From Chiloscyllium plagiosum (taxonomy: Eukaryota), in the NCBI RefSeq assembly GCF_004010195.1, contig NC_057742.1, positions 4,582,478 through 4,646,477 of the forward strand: a stretch of 64,000 nt of DNA, in the 5' to 3' direction. Position numbers and translations under genes: made by a program. The notes beneath the pieces were generated by a model, which saw only the letters and a list, made by a program, of their open reading frames with translations, ran no database searches and had not been told where the DNA came from. Shown here piece after piece: positions 48,546 to 61,150 of the stretch (the first letter of the stretch is position 1; every line of letters starts with the position of its first letter).

Positions 48546-50814
48546 AGTTCTTGTGGACAATTGGATATTCCTTTAAAAACACCAGAAGCCTGTGAGATAA
48601 CCATTTGGGAAGTAACTAATAATCCAAAGCTATATTGTTCCACTTCCTTCATTGACATGGTCTTGGTTATTTCGTTTCACAAGGTGACCACGAAAATATG
48701 TCAACACACACAATTTACACATTCTGCACTGTCAGCAAAATCTAAACAGCACTGTCAGCTAAATTGTGTCTTGACACATTAAACCTTAAAACATTGGGAA
48801 TGAACAATTTTCAGTCATTTTTCTTGTCACAGTTCAAATTTACAAGCTATTCTGTAAGTTTAAAAAGCACAATCTTTAATCATCCATTTAAACCTTTGAA
48901 CATTAGAATAGCACTTGCAGCCATACAGTGCTTTGAGGTGTCCTGAGGGTGTGAGGAATGCTGTGTAACTGTAGGGGCAGATCAAACCTTTGTCAGCCTT
49001 CTGCTTGGGTGAGTAATGTACCTTGGGGACTTGTGTCCAGCTTCTATTTAAAGTCCTTGAGAGCTGGACATATTAGAACAAAAGCGAAATTCAGCAATGA
49101 AAGAGTTAAAAGGTTCTATTTCCATTTACCAGTAAGTTACTAATGTCCCATTTTGCAGTCAGACTGAATCAGCAAGTAACATTGTAATAAGATTGCGTTT
49201 GCAGGCATTGTGTGCAAGATGAGCTGGGTCTTAAAGCTGTTACAAATTTAACTGCTTTAAAAATGGTTGTAACCTATATTCTCGTATTACTTTACATTGC
49301 CTATTTATTTCATTTAAATCAGCAGTGAGATCTGAATGGATTCTATGTTGCACCAATGGTTAAGTTTAAGCCTCTGAGACTACAATCTCTGAATGTCTAA
49401 CACACCCTAAGACCAGTGCAATCTGTATCAAAGTACTTAAATCTGAATTGAATATGACCAGGAAAAGGAACAGTGCCAGAATTAGGTGTATTTTTGTGGG
49501 TGGTATCACAGACTGATTTTGAACATTTGAAGACATTTAAAAGATTGTATTTCCCCTGCTTTAATAAAATAGCATTCTCTGTCAGACATGACTTGAGCAA
49601 ATGGCTAAATTTTCAGAAGCTCTGCAACTATTACCTTCAGAACCAATTGAAATTAAATATTTGAGATTTTTTTCTCTTATTGTCTTGTTATTAGTGTGGT
49701 ATCTTGGAATCATAATAACCCGAAAGATCATAGAAAAAGCAAAGTAACTTCCGTGTATCATTGGTTTGGAGGCACCTCGAGTTTCAATGTCACCTTTTGC
49801 AACCTTATGGATATTTGTGGATCTATCTCTTATGCAATGCTGACACTCTCATCTCTGCAACAAGATTTGACCAGCTCCAGAGATTTGAACCCAAAATCTA
49901 GGCTGACATCTTATAGATGTTGGAGATCCAATGATGCAAGTTTTGAAAAACAACTTGGCGATTCTCCTTTATGTTTATATTGATGTTTCATGAACATTGT
50001 GATACGAGAAGTATTCTTTCATTCTAAGATTAATGAAAACATTAATGATTTGTTAACAAAGCTCTGTAGCTGTACCCTAGTCAGGGAACACCTTACTCAA
50101 AGTGACCCATTTAGCTCTGGGAGCAATATATGTGTTACAGCTCATAAGAGATAACACGTTATCCCTCTAATATTTAAAAAAAATTGTATTGTCAGAATAC
50201 TGGCCATCATCACCTTGCTCTTTGCAGGAGCTTGCTGTTGCAAGTTGGCTGCTGAACTTTCTACTTGGGGGAAAAAAAAATTGCTTTTCTAAAGTGGTTT
50301 GGGAAATCCAGAGATGGTGAAAGATGCTGTATGGCAGTAACTCTTGCTATCTCTTATGAGATAAGAGCTAATAAATGGGTCACCTTGGCTAAGGTGTTCC
50401 CTGTCTGGGGTCCAGATACAGAGCTTTGTTAACAAATGATTGATGTTTTTATTAATCTTGGAATACTTCTCGTATCACAGTGTTCATAAAACATCAATAA
50501 ACAGTTGAGGTAAGACCATATCCGCCATTTTTAAATGCTGGTGGTGGTTCAGCAGAGTTAAAATTGACCATCAAATGGCTCAAAGTGCCTCTGATAGCTA
50601 GAAATTTGCATCTAGGTGGTGGCATCTTGTACGCTCTCCTTTCACCTTCCAGAAAATTGGACTCCTCCAACATTCACCATGCACTCCCAGTGCTCATTAT
50701 CACTTCTCCTTGTTTTTGAATCCCTAATTGCCCATCAGAAGGTGGTGATAAGTCACTGCGTTGAACCACTGAAATCCAGCTGGTGTAGGGACACACCAAG
50801 GTGACTCATTTCAG

Positions 50815-51365
50815 GATGGAGAGTGTGGTGCTGGGAATGCACAGGAGGTCAGTCTGCATCCGAGGAGCAGGAGAATCTTCATAGTAGAAGGGCCTTCCAA
50901 GGATGCCTACCTTTTGAAGAAGTTCTCCTTCTCTCTCTACAAGGATCTCAATGAGTGTCTCTCTCTCACTGCAAACCCAGGTTATCTCTTCTGCCCTGAA
51001 GCTTTTCAGCCTCATTCCCCCCCATCCGTCTGCCCACCCACCCACACACATTATCCGAGTTCCAAGTCTCTAACTCGGCACCGTCTTCATGACCTGCCCA
51101 TCTTCCTCCCTACCTATCTGCTTCACCCTCCTCTCTGACCTATCACCTTCTCCTCCACCTCCATCTACCTTCAGCCACCTTCCCCCAGCCCCACCCCCCT
51201 CCTATTTATCTCTCAGGGCCCAGCCCACAAGCCTCATTCCTGATGAAGGGCTTATGCCCGAAACGTCGATTCTCCTGCTCCTTGGATGCTGCCTGATCTG
51301 CTGTGCTTTTCCAGCACCACACTCTCGACTCTGATCTCCAGCATCTGCAGTCCTCACTTTCTCCC
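50815..51365 (+). mobile_element. Penelope-like non-autonomous element with inverted 5' terminal copy and 8-nt TSD
   Basis: 50819-50876 (gagagtgtggtgctgg..gcatccgaggagcaggagaatc) is inverse to 51268-51326; CATTTCAG at 50807-50814 and 51366-51373. Confidence 0.8.
51236..51271 (+). ncRNA. Minimal type-I hammerhead ribozyme motif
   Basis: AUUC-CUGAUGA-A-GGGC UUAU GCCC-GAAA-CGUC-GAUU; core intact, one mismatch in stem I. Confidence 0.7.
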
Positions 51366-54300
51366 CATTTCAGCACGGGGCAGCTGAGGTGACCCCTGTA
51401 TGATGCTATTTTCCTTTGAGCTGTTTTACTAAATAATATTAGATGGTTGTTTATTGGCATCGGTTAGGAGTTGAATTCCTGGGGACTCCAGTAAGTAACA
51501 GCAATATTCAGTGTTTTTGCTCGTGCCAGTCCAAGTCCCTTGAGCACAGCAGTGATGAGACTACATTACCAACGTTTGTTACTGCACTCACTGCTGACGT
51601 GAAGAGTTTCTGTTACTGACTGGGTGCATACTCAAATATTCTTTAATAAACTTGCCTATGGCCTGAATTTTGCTTTGATTGGAGTTCTCTGACCTTAGTG
51701 GAAGTTTTTTTTAATGCAATTTAAAATTAATGAGAAATCTGTTCTCGGACAGTTAATTCAGATGTGTAATTATATGCAGCAATGAACAACTAGGTAATTT
51801 TATTGCAATTTATTCTTGGGATGTGGTTGTCACTGGCATGGCTATGTATATTGCTGAGGTCTTGCTGCTGTAGGAAGGTGATATTTGATCTTCTGCTTAA
51901 ACCATTGCGTCCTATCTGCTGATTGCAAACTGCAGGAAAGCCCCAACATTCTGACCTAGTGGCCATCACCTCAATTTCTGTGCTTGTTATTGTCTTGGGT
52001 AGAGAGTAGTTCTTTGTTAATAAGTTCCTGAATTATTCTTTCTCACACCTTTTTCCCCATATCTCCAGATCTCTCTCCCTTCCATTGTAGAATCATCTTA
52101 TACAGAAAATCCTCGCTAAAAGTGGCCAATTGAATCCTAGACAATGCACCTTGAAGCAAAATGATATTGTACAGAATGTTTGGTCTGAGGCTGCTTGCCT
52201 CCCTCCAGCCTGTCTGCCTCACGCCCCTGTCAGGCTGGCCTGCTCCAACCTTGCCTGAGATTTAAGACCCAGGCAAATCTCTGGCAAGGTTGGGAATTAC
52301 ACGGGAATGTCCAGGCATACAGGGGCATTAAGAAACAGCAACAACACAATGTAAATGCAGACGTTTAAACTGGAGTACAATGTTAATGTGCAATGGTAGT
52401 TTACTTGATAATGTTAAATGAGAATTTCCAGTAAATGCCTTTCTTAAAAATAAACTTGTGTAATGCTTTCATGACCTTTGATTGTAAGACGGTGAAGTTC
52501 TTTATGAAGTTAAAACAACAAATACTGGATGTATTTGACAGGTCAGATGGAGAGAGAAACAAGGTTCTAGGGCCCTTGCATCAGAACCCTTTTGAAGGGT
52601 ACAAACCACTGTGAAGTTGTGGGGAAAGACAGCAATTCATGTGTGCACCACGAGGTCTCACAAATAACTGGGTTGGTGATTGAATTGTTTACAGTGACGA
52701 TCCAGTCCGATTGAGAATCTCTGTGTCATCCTTTGGTGCCGTGGTAATGTTTGTGTCCATCAGAGTTGGCATGTGGCCGGTGAAGATCAAGTTGGTTTCA
52801 AACAACCGGAATGTGCAGCACTTGCTCAGGACTGCATTGGCATATCCACCTAAGGAACCTGTGGCGTAGAACTCAAATTCATAATTTGCAGAATAAGAGG
52901 GGCATTGCTATTTCTGGGGCTACAGCTTTCATCTCTGTGTTGAATAATGGAGGTGTTTTCTGAAATGACATTGGCTTTTTTAAGGTTTTTTTTATTCTAA
53001 TGCAGTGCCTTCCTCTCACTCGGGCAATTCAACTGAGGATCACATGACCTTTCAGGATTCCCATGGCTTTGCTTGAGGAATCTGAGGAATACCTGGTTTC
53101 ACAGTTGACCTTTCTCTCTCAACTAATATGGCAAAAAACAGATTGAGCCGCCTCCTATTGGCTATTGTGGAGTCTTGCTGTGTGTGAAATGGCTGCTGTG
53201 TTTGTCCACGTGACCATTGTTCGTGTTGCAAAGTAACTCCATTGGAATCTATTTTCACTGAAACAGCCTGTCGTGAAACGGATGGGATCAGGTGCAATGT
53301 TACTTTTCCACTTCGTCCAATTTTACTTATTGTTTTTGAGCTCTTGGCTCTCCCACCCGTGCAGCTGGGTTGAGGTTTCCCTGTGGAGAAAGTGAGGACT
53401 GCAGATGCTGGAGATTAGAGTCAAGGGTATAGTGCTCTTGTGTTGAACATGAGGCAGTTTGGGTTGTTGGTGATAATGACGCACTTTAGAAACACCAGTT
53501 TCTTCATCCTCTATGGTTTGACTGTTAGAGGCTTTGTCATGTTCAAGAAGAGTGACAAACTTGTTGGTTATGAAAATGTTTACCCTCCGCATTGAACTAA
53601 GCTAATAATTGGATTGATGGGGGAAGGATTAGGATTTGTGTCTCACTAATGGCCTGTCGTTGGGTAATATCTGATCAATATGAGATTGTGATTGTACAAG
53701 ACATTTTTGTTCGGAGCTCTTCCAAGAAGGGGGCTCACTCCCGTCTTTTCCGGGTCAATTAGGCATCTGAAATAAATTCAGGCCTAGCCGCTGATGCCCA
53801 CTCTTCCTAGATCATTTCTAAAATGTTGCTGAACCTTAGTGGAGGAGAAGGTACTCTGTGGTTACGATGGAACATATTTCAGAGGTGACTCTCCCAGTGC
53901 CTGTCCAGTCACTGGGCAGACAGGCCTGAATATGTGATCCCTCCACATGCTTCAACACTTAGTGGGACTGTTTGGTTTTGTCAATTATTTATAGACCTAC
54001 TGAGTGTGCTGAGCTAATGCTTCCTGAAGTATCTGTACAATGAATCATCCAACCTGCACGTGACTCTCTCAGAGAAATTGCACATCACAGCACTTTTTAC
54101 GCTGGATGAGGCAGAATTATTTCAGGTTAGCTATTTATAAATTTGATTTTCTTTAGCTTTGAGTAGTGAACCAGTTAATTCCTTAGGTACAGGATCCCTG
54201 ATAGTGATGGGTGTGCTACCCAGTCACAGGTAGTTGTAGCAGACTCCTTTCGGCTCAGATCATTAACCGTGTAGTGTAGCACACATTCCGTTCTTCAAAG

Positions 54301-55639
54301 TGGCTCATTTTCCTTCTGCAGTTGTCAGGCATATCACTGGTATTTGCTCATTGTCCCTGACTTATCCCAGGATGTGCTCTGTGTCCCTGAGCCTGTTAGA
54401 TGTTTTGAAATTAGAGGCAACACTGAGACCAACAGCCCAGGAAACTGAGGTTGAAAATGGTAAACAAAAAGTGGAGGTACATCAGGAGGTTGTAGTTTAA
54501 ATTAAGTTTTGGCTTCCATGGTTTTTGTGGAATGTGGAGAATGGTAATGCATGAAATTGGGAGGTCCTGGGTTAGAGAAGATGGGATAAGTTTCCTAATA
54601 CTTCAGTGCAGTGAAGTTACAAGGAGAAAGTGGACTGAGGATTGGGCTGACCTCTCAGATGCTGAGGGAGAGACAGTGGGCCCCTGTTGCCTGCTGAGCT
54701 CCCACAGACCCTGTAGCCCTTTGAATTGGACAAGGAGGTGACCACCTGAGAACGTGGGAGTGGAGGGGTGTAGGAAGGGTTGACGTGACCGAGGCGAATC
54801 ACTGAGGGAAAGACTGTAATATTCCCATTGTCCAATATGTCCTGCATTAGATCTATTTCTGTGAGGAGGACACTAGTTTTCATAGAATGTTGCAACACAG
54901 TGGGAGAGTGACCATTCAGCCCATTGTGACTGTGCTGACCCATTGGTAGAACTATCCAATTAATCCCTCTCTATTGTCTTTCTCCCAAACCCCTGTAAAT
55001 GTTTTCATTTTAAAAACTTATTGGCTTCATTTACCATTTCCAGATATGAACAACTCATTGTGTGAAATCAATGAAAGGTTTGCATTTAAATAGGACCTTT
55101 TGCAACTTTGGGATATTCCAAACCAACTTAGTCATTGACGCACTTTAAATGTTCTCGTCCAACAACATGATAATGGTCAGATACCCAGCAAATAATTTCT
55201 CCCCATTGAGTGTGCTCAGCTGTTTTTACATTCAGAGCAGTTTCCTCTCTACTTGCTTCTCCACATTTCCCCAGGTCTGAGGAATTGATTGTAAGTGGAG
55301 ATTAGACATCATACATGGTGAACAATTGACACTGAAACCGACTGTTTGCTTCCAGACTGTTCCAAATTTATAGATTAAATTTTTTTCCTGTTGTTGACTG
55401 ATGATCTAAAGTAGAGTGTGAAATTCAGATACTTGAAGGATGTGAATGAATTGATTTGTGCTTGATGAAAGGGATTGTAGCAGGTGCTATACAAATGCAA
55501 TCTTAATTGTGTTTTCTGTAGAGCTTTACAGCTGGTTAAGTACTTGTTGTCATGTAGAAAATGGCAGCCAATGTACAAACAGCCATGTGATAATGACAAG
55601 GTCATTGAGCTGCTTCCTGGGATGTTGGCAGAGGGATAA

Positions 55640-55900
55640 GTCTCAGCCAGGGCCCTGAGGGTGGGGTGGTGAACAGCCACCTGCTCCTCTTTGACAGAGT
55701 GTCACTGGATCATTCATATCCACCTGAGGGAGAAGGTTGGGCCGCAGCTTCATGTCTTGTCCAAATATCAATGTGTCCTGAAGTACCTCTCTCTCTGAAA
55801 GCACGGCACTGGGAATGTGTTGCACTGTTGGATTCTGAACTCAGGACTTTGGAGTGGGACCTGGACTACACCACCTGATTTGGAGATGCGCATGACACTG
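55640..55900 (-). mobile_element. DeuSINE-like SINE (head plus central Deu-domain-like region)
   Basis: Reverse: gtcccactccaaagtcctgag..cagtgc..ttcccagtgccgtgc..ttggacaagacatgaagctgcggccc..ctcaggtggatatgaatgatccagtgacact..agaggagcagg. Confidence 0.6.
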
Positions 55901-55924
55901 GCTTAAATAATTATCGTGATAGCG

Positions 55925-56480
55925 TAAAAGTATTGGTTAGGCCATTTTTGGAATATTGTGTGCAATTCTGGTCTCCCTCCTATAGAAAGGATGTTGTGAA
56001 ACTTGAAAAGGTTCAGAAAAGGTTTCACAAAAGATGTTGCCAGTGTTGGAGGTTTTTTACTATAGGTAGAGGCTGAATAGGCTGGGCTGTTTTTCTGGAG
56101 AGTCGGAGGCTGAGGTGACCTTGTGGAGTTTTATAAAATCATAAGGGGCATAGATAGGATAAATAACCAAGCTCTTTACCCAGCGATGGGGAGTCCAGAA
56201 CTAAAGGGCATGGGTTTAGGATGAGAGGGAAAAGACTTAAAAGGGACTTAAGGAGCAACTTTCTTACACAAAGGGTGGTGCATGTTTGGAATGAGCTGCC
56301 AGCGGAAGTGGTGGAGGCTGGTACAATTACAGCATTTAAAAGGCATCCGGATGTATGTGAATAGGAAGAGCTTAGAGGGATGTGGGCCAAGTGATGGCAA
56401 ATGGGATTAGATTAGTTTAGGATGAAAGATCGCATGGGCAAGTTGGACTGAAGGGCCTGTTTCTGTGCTATGACTCTGAA
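55925..56480 (+). mobile_element. CR1/HER1 LINE 3' fragment
   Basis: ttggttaggccatttttggaatattgtgtgcaattctgg..aagggacttaaggagcaactttcttacacaaagggtggtgcatgtttggaatgagctgcc.. Confidence 0.88.
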
Positions 56481-56699
56481 TCTAGATAGGATACTTGAAG
56501 GTCACCAGTAAATCCAGTCGGGAATTTTGGGTGGAACAGCTTTTCCCAGAGAATAGCGAGATTGTAGAATTCACTATCTCCAGGAGTAGGTGAGGCAAAC
56601 GGCAGCAAGCCTTTAAGCAGGCACTAGATAAGTACACAAGGAAGAGGGAAATAGAAGCATCAGCTGAGAGAGTAGGGAGCAGCCCTTAAAAAGCATATT

Positions 56700-56803
56700 T
56701 ATTTTTAATCAGCCTGTTTTGAACATGATATAACACATCTTTGTAGGAGGTAGAAGTTGAACACAGGCACCCGTCTCAGAGGTAGAGTCACTACCACTGC
56801 GCC
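56700..56803 (-). mobile_element. Short tRNA-derived SINE (third family); another copy at about 3605-3712 (+)
   Basis: Reverse: ggcgcagtggtagtgactctacctctgag..gttcaacttctacct..gttcaaaacaggctgattaaaaat, versus gcagcagtactgtcc..cctctggg..gttcaagtcccacctg..ctgaacgggtggattaaaaa. Confidence 0.55.
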
Positions 56804-58079
56804 GCAGAAGTTCTTCCTGCTATCTGTAGTGGGCCAGTTTCTGAGCTGCCAACTCTCGTAAAAAAATAATTAAATTCTCATTTTGGTGTTCACCCTGTTG
56901 TGGGCTTCAAAGGTTTCAAGTGCATTCCTGACTCTGTTTTTTTCCAAATCTTCCAGTTAACATGATTTGTCTGGTAGTACACATAACATCAATAGGTTTT
57001 AATATTCCAATAAAGCCAAGTATGATTGCGCAGAAAGCCATCAGACTTGAAGAGCTGGTGGGAAGGTGGTTCAAGTTATTATTCTCAGGCACCACGATTT
57101 TCCCTGCTCTTATTTGAAATGCTTTTGTATAATCTTTCACACCCACTGGAAGAATAGGGCAACTTCTGTTAAAAACATCTGATTTTAAAAATTATCAGTA
57201 TTTTACAAAAATACAATACTCAGTTTTTTTGTTACCTGTATTGTTTGGCAAAAATTCAAATCAATATTCAATCTTGCATTCATCTCAAACTAGTGTGTGT
57301 TCAGGAAGCTTCAAATGATTGAAGGATTTGATAGGTGAGATTGAGAGGAACTGGTATCTGAGAGAGCGTACAAGGGGCAGAACCTTCTGAGTCAGCGTTT
57401 TCGAGGATGTTTTCAGCAAGGACTCTATCATCATACTGAATCCTGAAACTTTCAAAATCTGAGATTGGTGTATAGTTGTTGGGCAGGGTGGGTAGATGGA
57501 GATCAACCATGATCTAATGGAATGATTGTTAGAGAAGATTCAAAGGGCTAAATGACCTCTCTGACCTTTGCAATCAGAGGATCACATACAGGTAGATGTT
57601 GGGAACATGTGACCATGAATTGAAAGGTGCTCTGTGGGTAGCAGTAACTATGCTGCTGAATCTAAGCATTGAAATCCTTTTTGGGAATAACTGGACTCCA
57701 ACTTCAACTTCCTGAGCAATGCTGGAGAAATATGAATGAGAAATGTCTTTATCTGGAACGTCTTTCCTTCCTGTTGAAGGCAACCAGGTTGTATTTGACC
57801 AGACCTAGGACTGAAGTAAAAACAAAGTGCTGGAAAAACCTGGCAGTTCGGGGTATAACTGTGGAGAGAGAAATAGTTAACTTTTAGAGTCTGACATGAC
57901 TTCTTCAGAACAGGGACTGAGCTCCCCGTGGGGCGATTTGCTGGTGCTTTTGGAGAGAAGTTAGAGAATTAGGAGAGAAAGCTGCATAAAATGCTGGGAG
58001 AGGCAGATAGCATTACAATCGAGAATAGTAAGTTAACGTGTGTAGTCCGAGAAAGAAATGAAGTTTAGAGAAGCATTAC

Positions 58080-61000
58080 ACTGTGCTGTATGTGAAAGTG
58101 TGAAGTATGGTTGTATAATTGGTGGATTACAGGTGCAGATTGCCTTGTGAGATTATGGTATTGTGGCAATAATGAGACCTGGCTCAAGGAAGAGCAGATC
58201 TGCCTGTTAATTATTCCTCAGCACAAGGTGTTCAGAAAAAGAGAGGAAAGAAACAAAAAGTGGCATTTTTTGATTAAGGGGCACATTCCAGTACCAGCAT
58301 TCAAGGACAGAATCCGTTTGGTTTGAGCTAAGGAGAAACAAAGGTACACTTCCATAACTCAGTGTAAAAGTGGGAAGGATGTAGAGGGATAAATCTGCAA
58401 TGAAATTACAAACAAGTAAACATCATGAAGTAGTTATATTGGGAGGGCTTTAGTTACCCATGTATAGACTGGATAGTGGGGCTGTGGAGGGACAGGTGTT
58501 TCTGGATTGTTCAGGAGAATTTCAAACAGCATTGTGTCAAGTCCAACCTGAAAAGAGAAACTGCTGGACCTGGTTCTTGGGAATGAGGTGGATAAAGTAG
58601 ATCTAGTGATAGTGGGGAGCATTTTGACAGTGGTTGTTATATTATGAGGGTTAGGATGATGGTGGAAAATGACAGTGAACAATGCAGAGTAAGAATAATT
58701 GACTCTGAGTCAATTTCAATTGGGAAAAGAACAGAGGGTGAAGGTTGCTGGGGACCAATACTGGGCCACCTTGAAAGAGGAGATGGTTGGTCGCAGTGAA
58801 GGTATATTCTGTCAAAAGGGGAAAAGGTCGGACAAACAAATCCACACCTCTCCAATGACAAAGTCATTAAGTTACAGAAGAAATGGTGAGCTTATGACTG
58901 ACGCCAGATAATGAATATAGTGGAGAACCAAGCAAAATACGGAAGGTTCAGAAGGGAGGTGTGAAAGCAAATATGAGAAGCAAACAGCAGCTATGAAAAA
59001 AGACCGGCAGCTAACATAAAGTGAAATCCAAAATCTTTTATAAGCACACCATTTGTAAAAAGGCAGTAATGTGAGGAGTTGGACCAACTAGGGATCAAAA
59101 AGGGGTTTCACTCCTGGAGGCATGAGACATGTTAAATTAACACTTTTCATCTCTCTAGCTCTGAGGCAGATGCTGCCCAGGACTCTGACTGAAGGAAGAA
59201 TCTAAAAGTTAGGAGGGTTTAAAATAGATGTTTTGGATGAACTGTTGGTATTTAGTTGCCATGACACCAGAAATCATAGTGATACTGGCAATAATCTTTA
59301 ACTCTTTCCTGGATTTGGGGGATGGTGCCAGAGGACTGGAGAATTGCAAATATTATGTTCCTGTTCAAAAAAAAAGGATTGTAAGGATCAGATCGGTACT
59401 TTAACTTTGGTGCTGAGGAAATCTCTGGAAAAAAATATTCAGATAGGATTCATAGTTACATGGAAAAACATGGGTTGATTAAAAAGAGAAAGGGAAAATT
59501 GTGTGTTACGCACTTGCTGGGTTTGATTGTTTGAAGAGGTCACAGGAGGTTGATCAGGGCAATAGTGCTCATGATGTACTTGGACTTCAAAAGGCATTGG
59601 ATACAGTGTCACATAACAGACTTGAGAAAACTTTATAGTTCATGGAATGAAAGGGGCACAGCAAGTTTCCCTCTGCCTTCACATCTTCAAGGAAAACTGT
59701 CCCAACTTCTCCAATCATTCCTCATAAAGGAGCTTTCTCTGGATCCATTTTCATAAACTACTTCTGCGCACTCTCTCCAATGCATTCATCTCCTTCCTAA
59801 ACGTGTGGTACCCAGAACTATACACTATACTTCAGCTAAGGTCTAACCAACATCAGTATAATGTCCCTGCTCTTGTATTCTATGTCTCAATTTCTAAGTC
59901 TAGAATTCTGTGTATTTTGCTAACAGCTCTCTACCTTTCCTGTCACATTGAATGACTGCATGCACATATACAGCCAGGTTTGCTTGCTCCTGCACAGTCT
60001 TTAGAACAGCAGCCTTTGTTTCTCACATTCTCTCCGCGTTATTTATCCCAAAATATATCATCTCACACTTTCCACCACATTGAACTTCATCTGCCACGAT
60101 CCGCCCACTCCATCAACTTGTCGTTGTATTTTTTAAAGCACTAAATCATCCTCCTCATAATTTTAATTCTTCCAAGTTTTGTCTGCAAATTTTGGAATTG
60201 CTTGGAAACCGGGATGGTTGATGGAAATTTTCAAACTGCCGCAAGATTTCTAGTAAAGTTTGCCAGCGGTCAGAGTAGGTCTTTTCTTTTCCTGATGTAT
60301 ATTACTGATCTAGCCCTTGAAGTGTATGGGGCAATTTTGAAATTTGCAGACACAAAACTTGGAAGAATTAAAGAATTATGAGGGTGATGATTTAATGTTT
60401 TAAAAATACAATGACAAGTTGATGGAGTGGGCAGATCGTGGCAGATGAAGTTCAATGTGGTGGAAAGTGTGAGATGATATTATTTGGTATAAATAACATG
60501 AAGAGACCGTGTGAAACAAAGGCTGCTGTTCTAAAGACTGTGCAGGGGCAAGCAAACCTGGCTGTATATGTGCATGCAGTCATTCAATGTGACAGGAAAG
60601 GTAGAGAGCTGTTAGCAAAATACACAGAATTCTAGGCTTAGAAATTGAGGCATAGAATACAAAGAGCAGGGACATAGTGCTGAATCTATCCTGATGTTGG
60701 TTCGACCTTAGTTGGAGTATTGTGTACAGTTCTGGGTACCATACATTTAGGAAGGAGATGAGTTAATTGGAGAGAGTGCAGAAGTAGTTTATGAAAATGG
60801 ATCCAGAGAAAGCTCCGTTATGAGGAATGATTGGAGGAGTTTGGACTGTTTTCCTTGAAGATGTGAGGGCTGAGGGGACGTTTGAAAAAAGTTACCAAAG
60901 TCATGGTGGGGGGAGGGAGTGGTTGGACAGAGTAGATGGGGGGAAACCTCACTCATTCATTCATAAAAGGTTTGAAAACTGTCTTTTGATCTTCAAGTGT

Positions 61001-61150
61001 TTTGCAAAAGCAGTACACGTGAGGTGAGAACAAACCTTTTCACATAACATGTGGTGTGGATTTGGCAGGCACAATCTGGGAGTGGAGGCAATTTCAACTG
61101 AAGGCATTGGATGGTTAATTAAATAGGAGCAATGACCAGGGCCATATGGG
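58080..61150 (+). mobile_element. Long, heavily decayed CR1-like LINE ORF2 (endonuclease to 3' end), containing an internal inverted duplication
   Basis: Remnants in order: gagacctggctcaaggaa (ETWLKE), ctgctggacctggttcttgggaatgag (LLDLVLGNE), gtgccagaggactggagaattgcaaat (VPEDWRIAN), tacttggacttcaaaaggcattggat (YLDF.KA.D), aaatttgcagacacaaaactt (KFAD-TKL), ttggagtattgtgtacagttctgg (LEYCVQFW). Confidence 0.8.
59665..60879. repeat. Long inverted repeat: arms about 59665-60201 and 60331-60879, spacer about 129 bp
   Basis: The left arm is the reverse complement of the right arm; by eye only 3 mismatches across 59881-60000, with more in other parts. Confidence 0.92.
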
